Origin: Escherichia phage vB_EcoM_FT
DNA: 64,000 nt
Reading direction: 5' to 3' (one strand)
Sequence record: MT682710.1
The position numbers and the translations under genes were made by a program. This document shows, one piece after another, positions 49,766 to 59,407 of this stretch (the first letter of the stretch is position 1; each line of letters begins with the position of its first letter). Below the pieces are notes generated by a model. The model made no database searches, was not told where the DNA came from, and worked only from the letters and a program-made list of their open reading frames with translations.

Positions 49766-49957
49766 CTATCCGCATAATACGCCATACAGAGGCTCATTAG
49801 AACTTCTAAATTTTATGCGCTTATATGTTATAGTTCCTTCTGCTTTAGCTTTATCGTAAGACTCTTGAAAGCGTCTCATCATTTCTACTTTAGAGGAACG
49901 AATTTTATTATAATCTATTTCAGAAGTCTGGTGTTCATCTTTCATAACTGCCACCAT
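49766..49957 (-). CDS. hypothetical protein (63 aa)
   Basis: ORF in the 55/alpha-gt interval. Confidence 0.4.
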   Translation of the reverse strand: MVAVMKDEHQTSEIDYNKIRSSKVEMMRRFQESYDKAKAEGTITYKRIKFRSSNEPLYGVLCG

Positions 49958-50148
49958 TTTTTAACTTGATAAGAATCAACCCACACTTTCATATTAGGGT
50001 CTGCTCTTACAATAGGAGGATTAACTTCTTTAATTGAACTATCATGGTATTCTTTTTCAGAAATTTTCACACAAAGATGACCATTCAAAGATTCAGTAAA
50101 TCCTGCATTAATTTTAAGACGCTTGAATTTTACGTGTGTAAGCATCAA
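49942..50148 (-). CDS. hypothetical protein (68 aa)
   Basis: ORF in the 55/alpha-gt interval. Confidence 0.4.
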   Translation of the reverse strand: MMLTHVKFKRLKINAGFTESLNGHLCVKISEKEYHDSSIKEVNPPIVRADPNMKVWVDSYQVKKWWQL

Positions 50149-50431
50149 TCATATCCTCAATCTGCGATCTAGTAGTCTTCCAAAGAATACTGATGAGTTC
50201 ATCGTTATATGGCTGTTTTAGAATATCCCGACTTTTCTTGATAGCATATTCGTATTGAGCAAAATTATTATTTTCAGCCGCAATCTGAGCGTGCTTATAA
50301 AGACGATTCAGTTCGCGTTTATTTTTAGACAATAACTTATTTGCTTTTCTTTCTGCTTCAAGACGGTTCTTTTCTTCAATAGAAGAAATAAGCTTTTCCA
50401 CTTCATCATTAATTTCGGGTTTATCAGTCAT
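50114..50431 (-). CDS. hypothetical protein (105 aa)
   Basis: ORF predicted helical with coiled-coil character. Confidence 0.45.
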   Translation of the reverse strand: MTDKPEINDEVEKLISSIEEKNRLEAERKANKLLSKNKRELNRLYKHAQIAAENNNFAQYEYAIKKSRDILKQPYNDELISILWKTTRSQIEDMIDAYTRKIQAS

Positions 50432-50432
50432 A

Positions 50433-50651
50433 TTATTTCTCTAATATAAAATAAAAATCATCATCTGTTAAATGATACCGATAGTTTAATTCTACACCAT
50501 TAGATTTAAAAGCGGTATCATACGGATTTTCTGGATCAATATCAATGTCAAGAGCTAAAACTTCCCTGAGATACATTTTAAGTAAATAGGGAATAGCTTC
50601 AACTTCAGGTATTTCTTCCAAGAATCCGGAGAGGTTAATCGTTAGCCTCAT
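50433..50651 (-). CDS. hypothetical protein (72 aa)
   Basis: ORF immediately downstream of gene 55. Confidence 0.45.
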
Positions 50652-51198
50652 ATAAAAAATCCAAACTAGGAGAATCGTCTACAACACTTTTCTTTTCAGC
50701 CCCTGGTGTTCTATAGGTTGATTCTTCGTAATGCGTCATTTTATCGTAGATGTCTTGAATAAAAGTTTCATCTACTAACGCAACCATATCGTCGTCACGA
50801 CTGTCATAGACATTGTGAACGAAGTAACTATATTTCTTTGCAACTTCCTTACGTTCCTTTTTAATACGTTGGACGAATGCATTAAAACAAGCTTGAGTTA
50901 TATATGCATGTGGGTTTTTATATTTCGTTTCATCAAAATTATGAAGCCCCTTAATAGAAGCTTCTATACCATCTGCAATCATTTCTTGTTTCCAAGACTG
51001 GGTGTATCCTGAAAAGTTGAAACGTTTAGATAAGCCTTCTGCAATAAGCATAATGGCTAATCCAATAGTATCATTTTGACGAACTACTTTATTTGGGTCT
51101 TTATTATTTGCTAATTCTGTTTTCCAATCAATAATAGCTTGTAAAAGCTCTTTATTGTTTACGTAATTATATTTAGGCTTAGTTTCTGACATTTTCAC
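50635..51198 (-). CDS. 55: late sigma factor gp55
   Basis: 187 aa (T4 gp55 is 185 aa) at the conserved position. Confidence 0.85.
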
Positions 51199-51270
51199 CT
51201 CTTAGCTCAATTCATAGATCTATTATATCATAATATTTGAAGATCTATCTTAAAGCACAGAGGATATCAG

Positions 51271-51540
51271 TTATCTAAGTAAACAGTATGCTTGGAATAC
51301 TTTTTCCATCATCTTTTTAAATTCATGAATATCTATATAATGACTAGTTAAATCAGCATGATATAAAAAGTCTAAAAACTTTTCATGTGTACTAACATAT
51401 TCACTTTCATTTAATTCAGAAACATGACTTTCCCAATATCCAACACCAGTTTTATTTGGGAAAAATGAAATTTTCATGTATTGGTCAACATAGAAAATGC
51501 CATAATTTTCAATAGTAATAGAAATATTAATAAATTTCAT
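51271..51540 (-). CDS. hypothetical protein (89 aa)
   Basis: ORF in the nrdH-55 interval. Confidence 0.4.
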   Translation of the reverse strand: MKFINISITIENYGIFYVDQYMKISFFPNKTGVGYWESHVSELNESEYVSTHEKFLDFLYHADLTSHYIDIHEFKKMMEKVFQAYCLLR

Positions 51541-51752
51541 ACATTCATCAACTTAGCCGCTTCAAGAGCTGCATCTAGTGAATCAAATTGGTCAACATAT
51601 TCAATCAATTCGCCATAATTGGCATATAACCACCATTGGCTAAATTCATACTCAAGGATGAATCCATTTCCTTCAATTTGAGTTAAACCATTGCCGTTTG
51701 TATTTACTTCATATCCGGCAAGACGCAAATCGTTAATAAGAGCTTCGTTCAT
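51537..51752 (-). CDS. hypothetical protein (71 aa)
   Basis: ORF with ATGA coupling. Confidence 0.4.
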   Translation of the reverse strand: MNEALINDLRLAGYEVNTNGNGLTQIEGNGFILEYEFSQWWLYANYGELIEYVDQFDSLDAALEAAKLMNV

Positions 51753-51754
51753 AA

Positions 51755-52081
51755 TTATACCTTAGTAATTTTCAGGTCTGCAAATTTTTTCTTGCGTTGA
51801 TTTTTCATGCGACGAATAGTTTTATCGGAAATTTCATGCTTTTGATAAGCTTTAGATTCTACACCAAAAGCTTTAACATCAAATTCTGACAAGATATATT
51901 GAACCAACAATTCACGGACAGTATTGCGTCCAATCTTCTGATCATTCTGTTTCATCATCTGATGAAGCTCTTTTTCCCATTTATCCAAAATTTGAGGAGT
52001 TACAATATCGCCTTTTTCTAGCAAAGAAACTACTTTATCATATGCGTAAGAATTAATGACGTTTTTAATTTGAATAGTCAT
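51755..52081 (-). CDS. hypothetical protein (108 aa)
   Basis: ORF with a basic C-terminus. Confidence 0.45.
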   Translation of the reverse strand: MTIQIKNVINSYAYDKVVSLLEKGDIVTPQILDKWEKELHQMMKQNDQKIGRNTVRELLVQYILSEFDVKAFGVESKAYQKHEISDKTIRRMKNQRKKKFADLKITKV

Positions 52082-52121
52082 ACATTATCCTCAATTACGT
52101 TAAAATTTTATTATCCAAAAA

Positions 52122-52133
52122 GGGCCGAAGCCC
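52122..52133 (-). other. CUUCGG tetraloop hairpin (GGGCCGAAGCCC element)
   Basis: Identical 12-mer repeat, intergenic. Confidence 0.5.
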
Positions 52134-52334
52134 TTAGCTAAACTGTTTGGCGCCCTTCCAGCCTTCGTACATCATTGCGGCTGATATTAATATTGCTCCT
52201 GAGCAACTTGAATATTTGTGATTCCAAAACCAGTTCAGAAAAACTTCGTCATCAATACCTTGGGCTATCATATTTTCAATGAACTGACGACGAGCTTCAG
52301 CAATTCGCTGCGATAATTTAGATTCAGGATTCAT
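52134..52334 (-). CDS. hypothetical protein (66 aa)
   Basis: ORF in the nrdH-55 interval. Confidence 0.4.
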   Translation of the reverse strand: MNPESKLSQRIAEARRQFIENMIAQGIDDEVFLNWFWNHKYSSCSGAILISAAMMYEGWKGAKQFS

Positions 52335-52550
52335 TTAAATTTCCCAATTACCATTTTCATCAATAAATTTAATCCAGTCATTTACTGACCACTTAGTTGT
52401 ATCACCTTTTGGAGTAACATTTAAAGTATATAGCCCTTGCTTAAAAAGCATTCGTTTGATATTCATAATTTCCTCAGCTGTAACGATAACACTCGTTTGA
52501 TTTACGTTTAGCAACTCGTTGAGAAGTATTATAATCAAAATCATCGTCAA
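52335..52550 (-). CDS. hypothetical protein (43-71 aa)
   Basis: ORF overlapping its upstream neighbour; the true start is probably the internal ATG. Confidence 0.35.
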   Translation of the reverse strand: MTMILIIILLNELLNVNQTSVIVTAEEIMNIKRMLFKQGLYTLNVTPKGDTTKWSVNDWIKFIDENGNWEI

Positions 52551-52812
52551 TGTAAACTGATTTTTTCAACTTTCTTACTTCACCACGCAGTTGACGATTC
52601 AATTCATTCTTAACCTCTGAATCAACACCTCGCATACGTCGCCATTTATCTGAACGAAAAATGTTTTCAACCATATCTTTATGACTTACACCATCAGGAG
52701 CTTTACGCTTTCCGAAATAGTCATAATCACGTACTTTTAAATCTTTACGACGATACGTTTTACCCATGGAGTTTAATTTCCTTAGCAACTGAACTAAATA
52801 CAGCACGGTCAC
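52474..52812 (-). CDS. highly basic small protein (about 97-112 aa), possible nucleic-acid binder
   Basis: Lys/Arg-rich (RRKDLKVRDYDYFGKRKAP..., RRMRG..., KRKSNE). Confidence 0.45.
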   Translation of the reverse strand: MTVLYLVQLLRKLNSMGKTYRRKDLKVRDYDYFGKRKAPDGVSHKDMVENIFRSDKWRRMRGVDSEVKNELNRQLRGEVRKLKKSVYIDDDFDYNTSQRVAKRKSNECYRYS

Positions 52813-52942
52813 AAATCATCTGTTTATGTAACTTAAGTATAAGATAATAAACTTCAAAACCGTTTACATAAGTAACACGAACAACATTACCATTAATAAA
52901 ATAATATTGTCCCCTTTTAATTTCTTTATCAACCACAACCAT
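52760..52942 (-). CDS. hypothetical protein (60 aa)
   Basis: ORF downstream of an early promoter. Confidence 0.4.
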   Translation of the reverse strand: MVVVDKEIKRGQYYFINGNVVRVTYVNGFEVYYLILKLHKQMICDRAVFSSVAKEIKLHG

Positions 52943-52969
52943 ATCAAATCCTCAAAGGCAATTCATATG

Positions 52970-53003
52970 TCAATAATACCACAGTTTGAACTTGTTGTAA
53001 ACA
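52970..53003 (-). promoter_or_regulatory. early promoter
   Basis: Minus strand GTTTACAACAAG, about 17 nt, TATTAT. Confidence 0.5.
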
Positions 53004-53075
53004 ACTTTGTGAAAAATATTTTAGGGAATGACAAGAAGGGAACGATAGCTTAGAATGGTAATATACAGAATGTAA

Positions 53076-53097
53076 GAAAGAAAGGCCCAGAGGGCCC
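53076..53097 (-). terminator. hairpin plus U-rich tract downstream of nrdH
   Basis: GGGCC-CUC-UGGGCC-type stem followed by UUUCUUUC. Confidence 0.45.
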
Positions 53098-53100
53098 ATC

Positions 53101-53409
53101 TTAGTCTTCTATGATATCTCTATCATATCCAAGTGAAATGAGAGTTTCTTTGAAGTGTTTAATGTTCTTTTGTCTGGAATCATTAATGAAAATGACTGGA
53201 TAACGAATGTTAAGAGATGTGAATCCAGCGCGTTTAGCAAGAGATACAATCAGTTGACGATCATACTCAATCTTACCGTTATTTGTAATAACTTTATAGA
53301 AAGTAAAAGGAGCATTGAGCTCCTTTAGAAGTTTTGTAACTGATTGACATCCAGGACAACGACCTACTTCATCTGGAATTCCATAGACTTCAATCTTATT
53401 TTGTTTCAC
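53101..53409 (-). CDS. nrdH: glutaredoxin-like protein NrdH
   Basis: 102 aa with a CPGC redox motif near the N-terminus, adjacent to nrdG/nrdD. Confidence 0.7.
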   Translation of the reverse strand: MKQNKIEVYGIPDEVGRCPGCQSVTKLLKELNAPFTFYKVITNNGKIEYDRQLIVSLAKRAGFTSLNIRYPVIFINDSRQKNIKHFKETLISLGYDRDIIED

Positions 53410-53411
53410 AA

Positions 53412-53624
53412 CTATTCCTTACTAAGAGCAGCATTCAGCTTGTTAGTAATTTTATCCAGACGCTCATTGAACTCACTAGAAGATAAGCCCTTTTCTGGAG
53501 AAATCAAACTAATCACGAAAAATATAGCAATAAAAGGAATAAGGAAAATAGCTCCAACTGCCATAAACAGAAAGAATGTTACAGTTGTAAGAAAATCAGC
53601 TAAACCTTTACGAAATTTATACAT
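53412..53624 (-). CDS. small membrane protein (70 aa)
   Basis: Central TM segment (FLFMAVGAIFLIPFIAIFFVISLI). Confidence 0.45.
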   Translation of the reverse strand: MYKFRKGLADFLTTVTFFLFMAVGAIFLIPFIAIFFVISLISPEKGLSSSEFNERLDKITNKLNAALSKE

Positions 53625-53739
53625 ATTTTACCCTTAATTGATTAACCAAGCATTGATAAGCACTAAACTATATTGGGAATAAAATTCTGGACCAAAATGA
53701 AAAATCATATCATTTATAGTATCCATAATGTAATTCAAT

Positions 53740-54210
53740 TTAATCATGTTTCCACACCCCATCGGTATTTGACCAAAGCCGCTGATTATCTGATCCTCGC
53801 CACAGCTTTTTAGTCGGAAGATTTTTCTCATACTTCCCATCAATAATAACATCAACATATTTAAGCATTTCTAGCTGTTTAATATCTTCAAACTTATATC
53901 CTGTCCACAACCAAATGCTTTTATTGGGATAAAGATTTTTTACTGTTTGAACAATGCAATGAATAACATCTCGGTTATCAGGATAGAGAGGGTCTCCTCC
54001 AGTTATAGTTAATCCTTCTATATAATCATTATTCAAACATTCAATTAATTGCTCTAGTGTCTCTCCAGTGAATGGAATACCATTTCTAGCATTCCATGTT
54101 GATTTATTATAACACCCTTCGCATTTATGCAAACAACCCGTAACGAAAAGAACGACCCTGCACCCAGGGCCATTCACAAAATCACAGGGATAAAATCTAT
54201 CGTAATTCAT
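53740..54210 (-). CDS. nrdG: anaerobic ribonucleotide reductase activating protein (radical SAM)
   Basis: 156 aa; CxxxCxxC cluster (CLHKCEGC). Confidence 0.9.
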   Translation of the reverse strand: MNYDRFYPCDFVNGPGCRVVLFVTGCLHKCEGCYNKSTWNARNGIPFTGETLEQLIECLNNDYIEGLTITGGDPLYPDNRDVIHCIVQTVKNLYPNKSIWLWTGYKFEDIKQLEMLKYVDVIIDGKYEKNLPTKKLWRGSDNQRLWSNTDGVWKHD

Positions 54211-56024
54211 TGGTGTTTAACCCTATGCATGATTTCTTTATTTTTACCGAGATTAAATCCGCGTTCATTCGGATTTCCCAAATAACCACATGTTCTTCTT
54301 ATTGTGTTCATCTTTTTAGGATCAGTTTCTCCACAGATAGAACAAACAAATCCGTTTTCAGTAGGAGTCATTTCATGGGTACTTCCGCATGTAAAACACT
54401 TATCTACTGGCATATTAACACCAAAATAATCTAAATGCTGTGCAGCATAATCCCACACGGCCTCAAGACCTTTTAAGTTATTTTTCATATCAGGAAGTTC
54501 AACATAAGAAATGTGACCACCTGTCGCAATGAAATGATATGGTGCTTCACGAGAAATCTTTTCAAACGGAGTAATATTTTCTTCTACTGAAACATGGAAA
54601 CTGTTAGTGTACCAACCTTTATCGGTAACATCCTTTACACTTCCATATTTTTCGGTATCAAGTTTACAGAAGCGATAACAAAGGTTTTCAGCAGGAGTAG
54701 AATACAAGCTAAAAGCAAAACCAGTTCTTTCAGTCCACTGCTTAAGACGAGCATTCATTTTAGTTAAAATTTCTTGTCCAATATCACGACCGACAAGAAT
54801 ATTCAATTCGTGAATACCAATGTATCCTAGGGACACTGAACTTCTACCGTTTTTAAATAACTCAATTATGTCGTCATCAGGTTTAAGACGAACCCCGAAT
54901 GCACCTTCTTGGTAAAGAATAGGAGCAACAGTTGCTTTAACTCCTTTTAAGGAACTAATTCTACACATCAAAGCTTCAAAACATAAATCCATTCGTTCAT
55001 TGAATAATTCAACAAATTTCTGTTCATTGAACTGTGTTCCAATATAAGAATCTAACGCAATACGAGGAAGATTCAGTGTTACAACACCAAGATTATTACG
55101 TCCATCAAGAATTTCATTACCAGTCGAATCTTTCCATACGCTCAAGAAACTACGGCAGCCCATTGGAGAAACAGGAACAGATGAACCAGTGATAGCTTTA
55201 TTGTTCTTAGCTGAAATAATATCAGGATACATTCTTTTGCTTGCGCACTCTAAAGCAAGCTGTTTAATATCATAGTTCGGATCGTCTTTATAAAGATTAA
55301 CACCTTCTTCAACGAACATAACAAGTTTAGGGAAAATAGGAGTTATCCCATCACGACCAAGACCTTTAATACGATTTTTCAGAATTGCTTTCTGAATCAT
55401 TCGTTCAGTCCAGTCAGTTCCCGTACCAAATGTAATTGTTACAAAAGGCGTTTGTCCGTTTGAACTAAAGAGAGTGTTTACTTCATATTCATAAGCTTGA
55501 AATGCATCGTATACGTCTTTTTCTGTTTTAGATTGAGCATAATTCAACGCATCAGCGATTTGCCATTTTTCTGCATCCTCAATATGTTTTGCATATGTGC
55601 GTTTAACATAAGGAGAAAGTACTTTATCTACATTCGCAAAAGTCGTTCCGCCATATTGATGGGAAGCAACCTGTGCAGTAATTTGTGCCATAATTGCAGT
55701 AGCAACGCCAATTGATTTAGGAGTTTCAATCTGCGCATTACCGAGCTTAAATCCGTTCTCAAGCATTCCTTTTAAATCTACTAAACAGCAATTAGTAAAT
55801 GGAAGAGCAGGGGAATAATCAATATCATGGAAATGAATAATTCCGCTTTCATGCGCTTTCATAATAAAAGACGGGACCATATTTTTGGCAATGTGTTTAG
55901 ACACAATACCAGCCATAAGGTCCCGTTGAGTTGGAAAAACACGAGAATCTTTATTAGCATTCTCGTTCAAAAGGTCTTTATTGGTTTTATGAATCAATCC
56001 TTCAATTTCTTTTTCAATTGTCAT
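54207..56024 (-). CDS. nrdD: anaerobic ribonucleoside-triphosphate reductase, uninterrupted
   Basis: 605 aa; C-terminal glycyl-radical motif RRTCGYLG and a Cys zinc site; continuous ORF with no intron. Confidence 0.9.
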   Translation of the reverse strand: MTIEKEIEGLIHKTNKDLLNENANKDSRVFPTQRDLMAGIVSKHIAKNMVPSFIMKAHESGIIHFHDIDYSPALPFTNCCLVDLKGMLENGFKLGNAQIETPKSIGVATAIMAQITAQVASHQYGGTTFANVDKVLSPYVKRTYAKHIEDAEKWQIADALNYAQSKTEKDVYDAFQAYEYEVNTLFSSNGQTPFVTITFGTGTDWTERMIQKAILKNRIKGLGRDGITPIFPKLVMFVEEGVNLYKDDPNYDIKQLALECASKRMYPDIISAKNNKAITGSSVPVSPMGCRSFLSVWKDSTGNEILDGRNNLGVVTLNLPRIALDSYIGTQFNEQKFVELFNERMDLCFEALMCRISSLKGVKATVAPILYQEGAFGVRLKPDDDIIELFKNGRSSVSLGYIGIHELNILVGRDIGQEILTKMNARLKQWTERTGFAFSLYSTPAENLCYRFCKLDTEKYGSVKDVTDKGWYTNSFHVSVEENITPFEKISREAPYHFIATGGHISYVELPDMKNNLKGLEAVWDYAAQHLDYFGVNMPVDKCFTCGSTHEMTPTENGFVCSICGETDPKKMNTIRRTCGYLGNPNERGFNLGKNKEIMHRVKHQ

Positions 56025-56494
56025 TTTAAACTCTTTCTAAGCTGCTTCTTGAATGAAGCTATTAACTGTGTTTTTGTGTCAGATTCATTATATTCAAATC
56101 CTCTTTGAAGCATCTCGGCCATCATTTCCTCTTTTCCTAAACGAGAAAATTCCTTTGATTTATCTCCAACAAAGTTAGGGTGAATATTATTTTGGGTGTA
56201 ATCGGATTTTAAATAAGTAAGTAAATTTTCTAACCATTCAAGATAATCAACACCCTGTCCCTTTAAGCCAGAACGATTAAATTTATGCTTCATTTGACCT
56301 TCTGCGGCATTGCATAGATTACAAAGCAATCCACGTACCTTTCCTGCTTTTGGTCCATTTAATTCATGGTCATGGTCGAGGTGATTAGCTTGAACATCAG
56401 GATTTAGTTCTCGTTGGCAAATTAAGCATTTACCATTTTGTGCATCATAAAATTTCTGTTTTTCTTCTTTATATAATTTGCCAGTCAATAACAT
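56021..56494 (-). CDS. 49: endonuclease VII (Holliday junction resolvase)
   Basis: 157 aa, the T4 gp49 length; zinc CxxC...CxxC and a His-rich H-N-H-like region (HLDHDHELNG). Confidence 0.85.
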   Translation of the reverse strand: MLLTGKLYKEEKQKFYDAQNGKCLICQRELNPDVQANHLDHDHELNGPKAGKVRGLLCNLCNAAEGQMKHKFNRSGLKGQGVDYLEWLENLLTYLKSDYTQNNIHPNFVGDKSKEFSRLGKEEMMAEMLQRGFEYNESDTKTQLIASFKKQLRKSLK

Positions 56495-56665
56495 AATAAA
56501 CCCTTACCTTAAATAGATAAGGGTATTTATTATTTTCAAGTATTGTAAAACATTTGATTCAATCGCTTATATTGCCGAATCTTTTGGTCAGAAAAAGAAA
56601 TTTGAGTTTCAAGCCATTCAATGTATTCTGCGGCAGCTTGCATCAGGTTACCTTCATAGCCATCG

Positions 56666-57040
56666 TTATTTTTTTTGTGCAGCTAATTTAGCTAATGCGT
56701 ATGAAATACGTTCACCTTGAAAATCGGCTTTAGGCTTCTGAACAACTTGATTAGTTCGCTCTACAACTTCTTCAATTTCGCCATTTTCAATGGATTCAGT
56801 ATTCCACAAGCACCAATACGTAATTGGCTTATCATAGATGTTAATAATCTTTCCGTCGGAAAGTTCAATTTCAATAATTCCAGTATCAGGCTCTATATCA
56901 TCTTCACATTCTTTTGCAAGTTCACGAACTTTAAAGACAGTACCTGCACTAAGTTCCGGCCAGTAATTACACAGCCCTGTATCAGCACGATTAATTCTAA
57001 ACCACTTATCTACTGTAATCATGTCCCATCTCCATATCAA
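56666..57040 (-). CDS. hypothetical protein (124 aa), apparently truncated by a frameshift at an A8 tract
   Basis: ORF ends ...AQKK-TAA inside A8; the +1 frame continues open to 56536, giving about 167 aa in total. Confidence 0.5.
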   Translation of the reverse strand: MIWRWDMITVDKWFRINRADTGLCNYWPELSAGTVFKVRELAKECEDDIEPDTGIIEIELSDGKIINIYDKPITYWCLWNTESIENGEIEEVVERTNQVVQKPKADFQGERISYALAKLAAQKK

Positions 57041-57144
57041 TTAAGTCATTTATCGTTGGTTCATTATATACTGTTTCTTCATCAGTGTAAACCGGTTCTT
57101 CCGGCTCTGGCTCTACAGTTTCCCATCTAGCCGCCCACCAAGGT

Positions 57145-57354
57145 TTAACCCCGAAGCTTATTAAGTTCTTCATAATCAATCCAGGATTCTAGTCCTGATG
57201 GCAAATCAGATTCAATTTCCCAAAGAAGCTCTTCAATTTTCTGAAGACGATCTAGTTCTTCGGCTGGAATAGTAACCATTGACGGAGTTCTTGATACACT
57301 AATATCGTAAATCATATTTACCCCAGTTTGACCATACAATCGCCATATTTCCAT
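57145..57354 (-). CDS. hypothetical protein (69 aa)
   Basis: Acidic small ORF. Confidence 0.4.
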   Translation of the reverse strand: MEIWRLYGQTGVNMIYDISVSRTPSMVTIPAEELDRLQKIEELLWEIESDLPSGLESWIDYEELNKLRG

Positions 57355-57533
57355 TTAGAAATAGACTTTTCACCGTTAGAATAATAAACTTCGAGTTTAG
57401 CACGATTATTTTTAATTTGAATAACCTTTGCTGTCATCAAAGTTCCATACCCATAATAAACTGCAACCTCATCACCTACATATACCGCGCTTCCGCGGTA
57501 GTCATGGATATAATCAGTTCCTTCGAGCATCAT
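57318..57533 (-). CDS. hypothetical protein (71 aa)
   Basis: ORF with ATGA coupling to nrdC. Confidence 0.4.
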   Translation of the reverse strand: MMLEGTDYIHDYRGSAVYVGDEVAVYYGYGTLMTAKVIQIKNNRAKLEVYYSNGEKSISKWKYGDCMVKLG

Positions 57534-57793
57534 TTAAAGTATTCCCGCAATTGGTCAAATCCACCAATATGACTTCCATCAGGAGCAAATACTTGTGGCA
57601 TTGTCAAACCAATTTGAGTATCACGACCTAGTTTAGTCAGAAGCTCAGCGATTTTCTCATCATCAAAAACACCTTTTTCCGGCATAATGTTGATAAATTC
57701 AAACGGTTGTTTCTTCACAGTCAAGAGACGTTTTGCATTATCGCAATACACACATTTATGGATGTTGCTATCATAACCATATACTTTAAACAT
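57530..57793 (-). CDS. nrdC: glutaredoxin/thioredoxin NrdC
   Basis: 87 aa with a CVYC active site near the N-terminus. Confidence 0.8.
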   Translation of the reverse strand: MFKVYGYDSNIHKCVYCDNAKRLLTVKKQPFEFINIMPEKGVFDDEKIAELLTKLGRDTQIGLTMPQVFAPDGSHIGGFDQLREYFK

Positions 57794-57794
57794 A

Positions 57795-58037
57795 TTATTC
57801 CTTAATTCCTAGTACTTGTTTAAAAGTCTCGTCGTAATCAAGACTTTGGCCCGTTTGTTCTTTATGTTTGTATATAATATCACTTACTTCTGATAGCATA
57901 TTTTTATATGAACGAGTTAAAGCAGATTTAAGCACGCTGTATCTATCAGGAAATTTACCGTGTTCATTATAATAAGCTATTGCTAATTCACGGACTGCCT
58001 TTTCAGCAGTCTCCATATATTCTTTACGCTTGGTCAT
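57795..58037 (-). CDS. hypothetical protein (80 aa)
   Basis: ORF upstream of nrdC. Confidence 0.45.
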
Positions 58038-58039
58038 TT

Positions 58040-58429
58040 TTAATCCAAAATATTATTAGGCATTGGTTGAACACTCGCAAGTTCTTTAAAGAACTCAGTA
58101 GAGTCAGGTAATTTAACCATTTCCGGAGCATGCTTACTAAATTTATGTTTGCAATGACGGCATTTATATTCAAGTTCCGGTTTACGCCAGTTAATCAATT
58201 GAACTTGTTCAGTACCGCATTCAGGACAATTAGGAACGTTTTTAGAAGCCCTTTCGCGACGTTCAACCATAACCATAATAGCATCCCAGGCTGGAGGTTT
58301 AAAATCTAAATCATCACAACCATGAATCTTTCCGCGCATTTCCAGATCGTCTTCTTCACCAGCCATAATAATTTTAATTAGACTGGAATTACTTGAAGCT
58401 GCAATATCTTCTAATAGACGCTTTTTCAT
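58040..58429 (-). CDS. zinc-ribbon protein (129 aa)
   Basis: CPEC...CRHCKH four-Cys motif. Confidence 0.5.
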
Positions 58430-59355
58430 TTCAATACCTCAATAGCATTACGTAAACCATTTGCTTTTGCATTAAGAGCTTTTAACAATTTAGTGTGTTC
58501 GGCAATCTGAGCTTCAACTTCAACTAGTCGAGATTTGAGGTATTCACGTTCTTCGCTCAAGTTATCAATCTTTTCTACTTTAGGCTCTTTTACAACTGTC
58601 TTATATGTATTAGGGTTCTTCAGTTTAATTAAAATGCGTGAACTGTATAACATTGAACCATTATCTTCGGTTTCGTCATACATTTCTACTACGTCCATGA
58701 TTTTTAACATCATGCGGAGTTTATAAGATAACGAACGAATAGTTTTGTTGTGCTTATTAATTTCTCTAGAGTTCATGGTGCCGAGATTACGTGAGTAATA
58801 ATAAGGAACCTGGATATTAATTAATACTGATGAACCACCTGGCTTGTGTGTTACTTCATCAGCAATAACCCAATCCTTAACATGAACTGTATTTGTACGG
58901 TCATCGCCCGCGGTAAATAGTTTGCGAGCATGCTTAAAAAGCATATTCACTTGGTCATTGAATTGACAAGCAAATTTATCAGCAAATTTAGTTTCAGGAA
59001 TGGTAGATAACCAATCAGCCAAATGAGTCTTTTTAACATCGTTAACAATAGTAAATTCAACCAAATCAGTTATAGATGTCTCAGATTTAATAAAGCTCGG
59101 CTTCATAAAGTTTTTAATGTTATCGCGAGCTACAGTAGAAGATAACATACGAGAACGTTTAAACCATTGAAGCAAATTGCCCAACGAATGAGAATAAGCG
59201 TTTTGAGTATCTTTACAGATATGATTTTCCTGGCCAACATATTGAAGGAAATCACGAAGAATATTATTGATTACTGCCCTGTGTCCGATCTGATAATTAC
59301 GGTGTTTAGTAATAAGACTGTCAAAATAATCAATATAATGTTTACGAGTTTTCAT
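58426..59355 (-). CDS. large hypothetical protein with C-terminal coiled coil (309 aa), paralogue family member
   Basis: N-terminus MKTRKHYIDYF...; ends in a heptad-repeat helix ([42 protein letters not shown]). Confidence 0.55.
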   Translation of the reverse strand: MKTRKHYIDYFDSLITKHRNYQIGHRAVINNILRDFLQYVGQENHICKDTQNAYSHSLGNLLQWFKRSRMLSSTVARDNIKNFMKPSFIKSETSITDLVEFTIVNDVKKTHLADWLSTIPETKFADKFACQFNDQVNMLFKHARKLFTAGDDRTNTVHVKDWVIADEVTHKPGGSSVLINIQVPYYYSRNLGTMNSREINKHNKTIRSLSYKLRMMLKIMDVVEMYDETEDNGSMLYSSRILIKLKNPNTYKTVVKEPKVEKIDNLSEEREYLKSRLVEVEAQIAEHTKLLKALNAKANGLRNAIEVLK

Positions 59356-59407
59356 GTTCTTCTCACTTGGTTAATGATTTATACTCCGAGCCATCCTTGG
59401 CTTTAAA

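Noticed and set aside
53634-53858. 74-aa track ORF overlapping the 3' end of nrdG
   Set aside because: The N-terminal half overlaps nrdG in another frame; at most the last about 37 aa (starting at the ATG at 53747) could be a real small gene.
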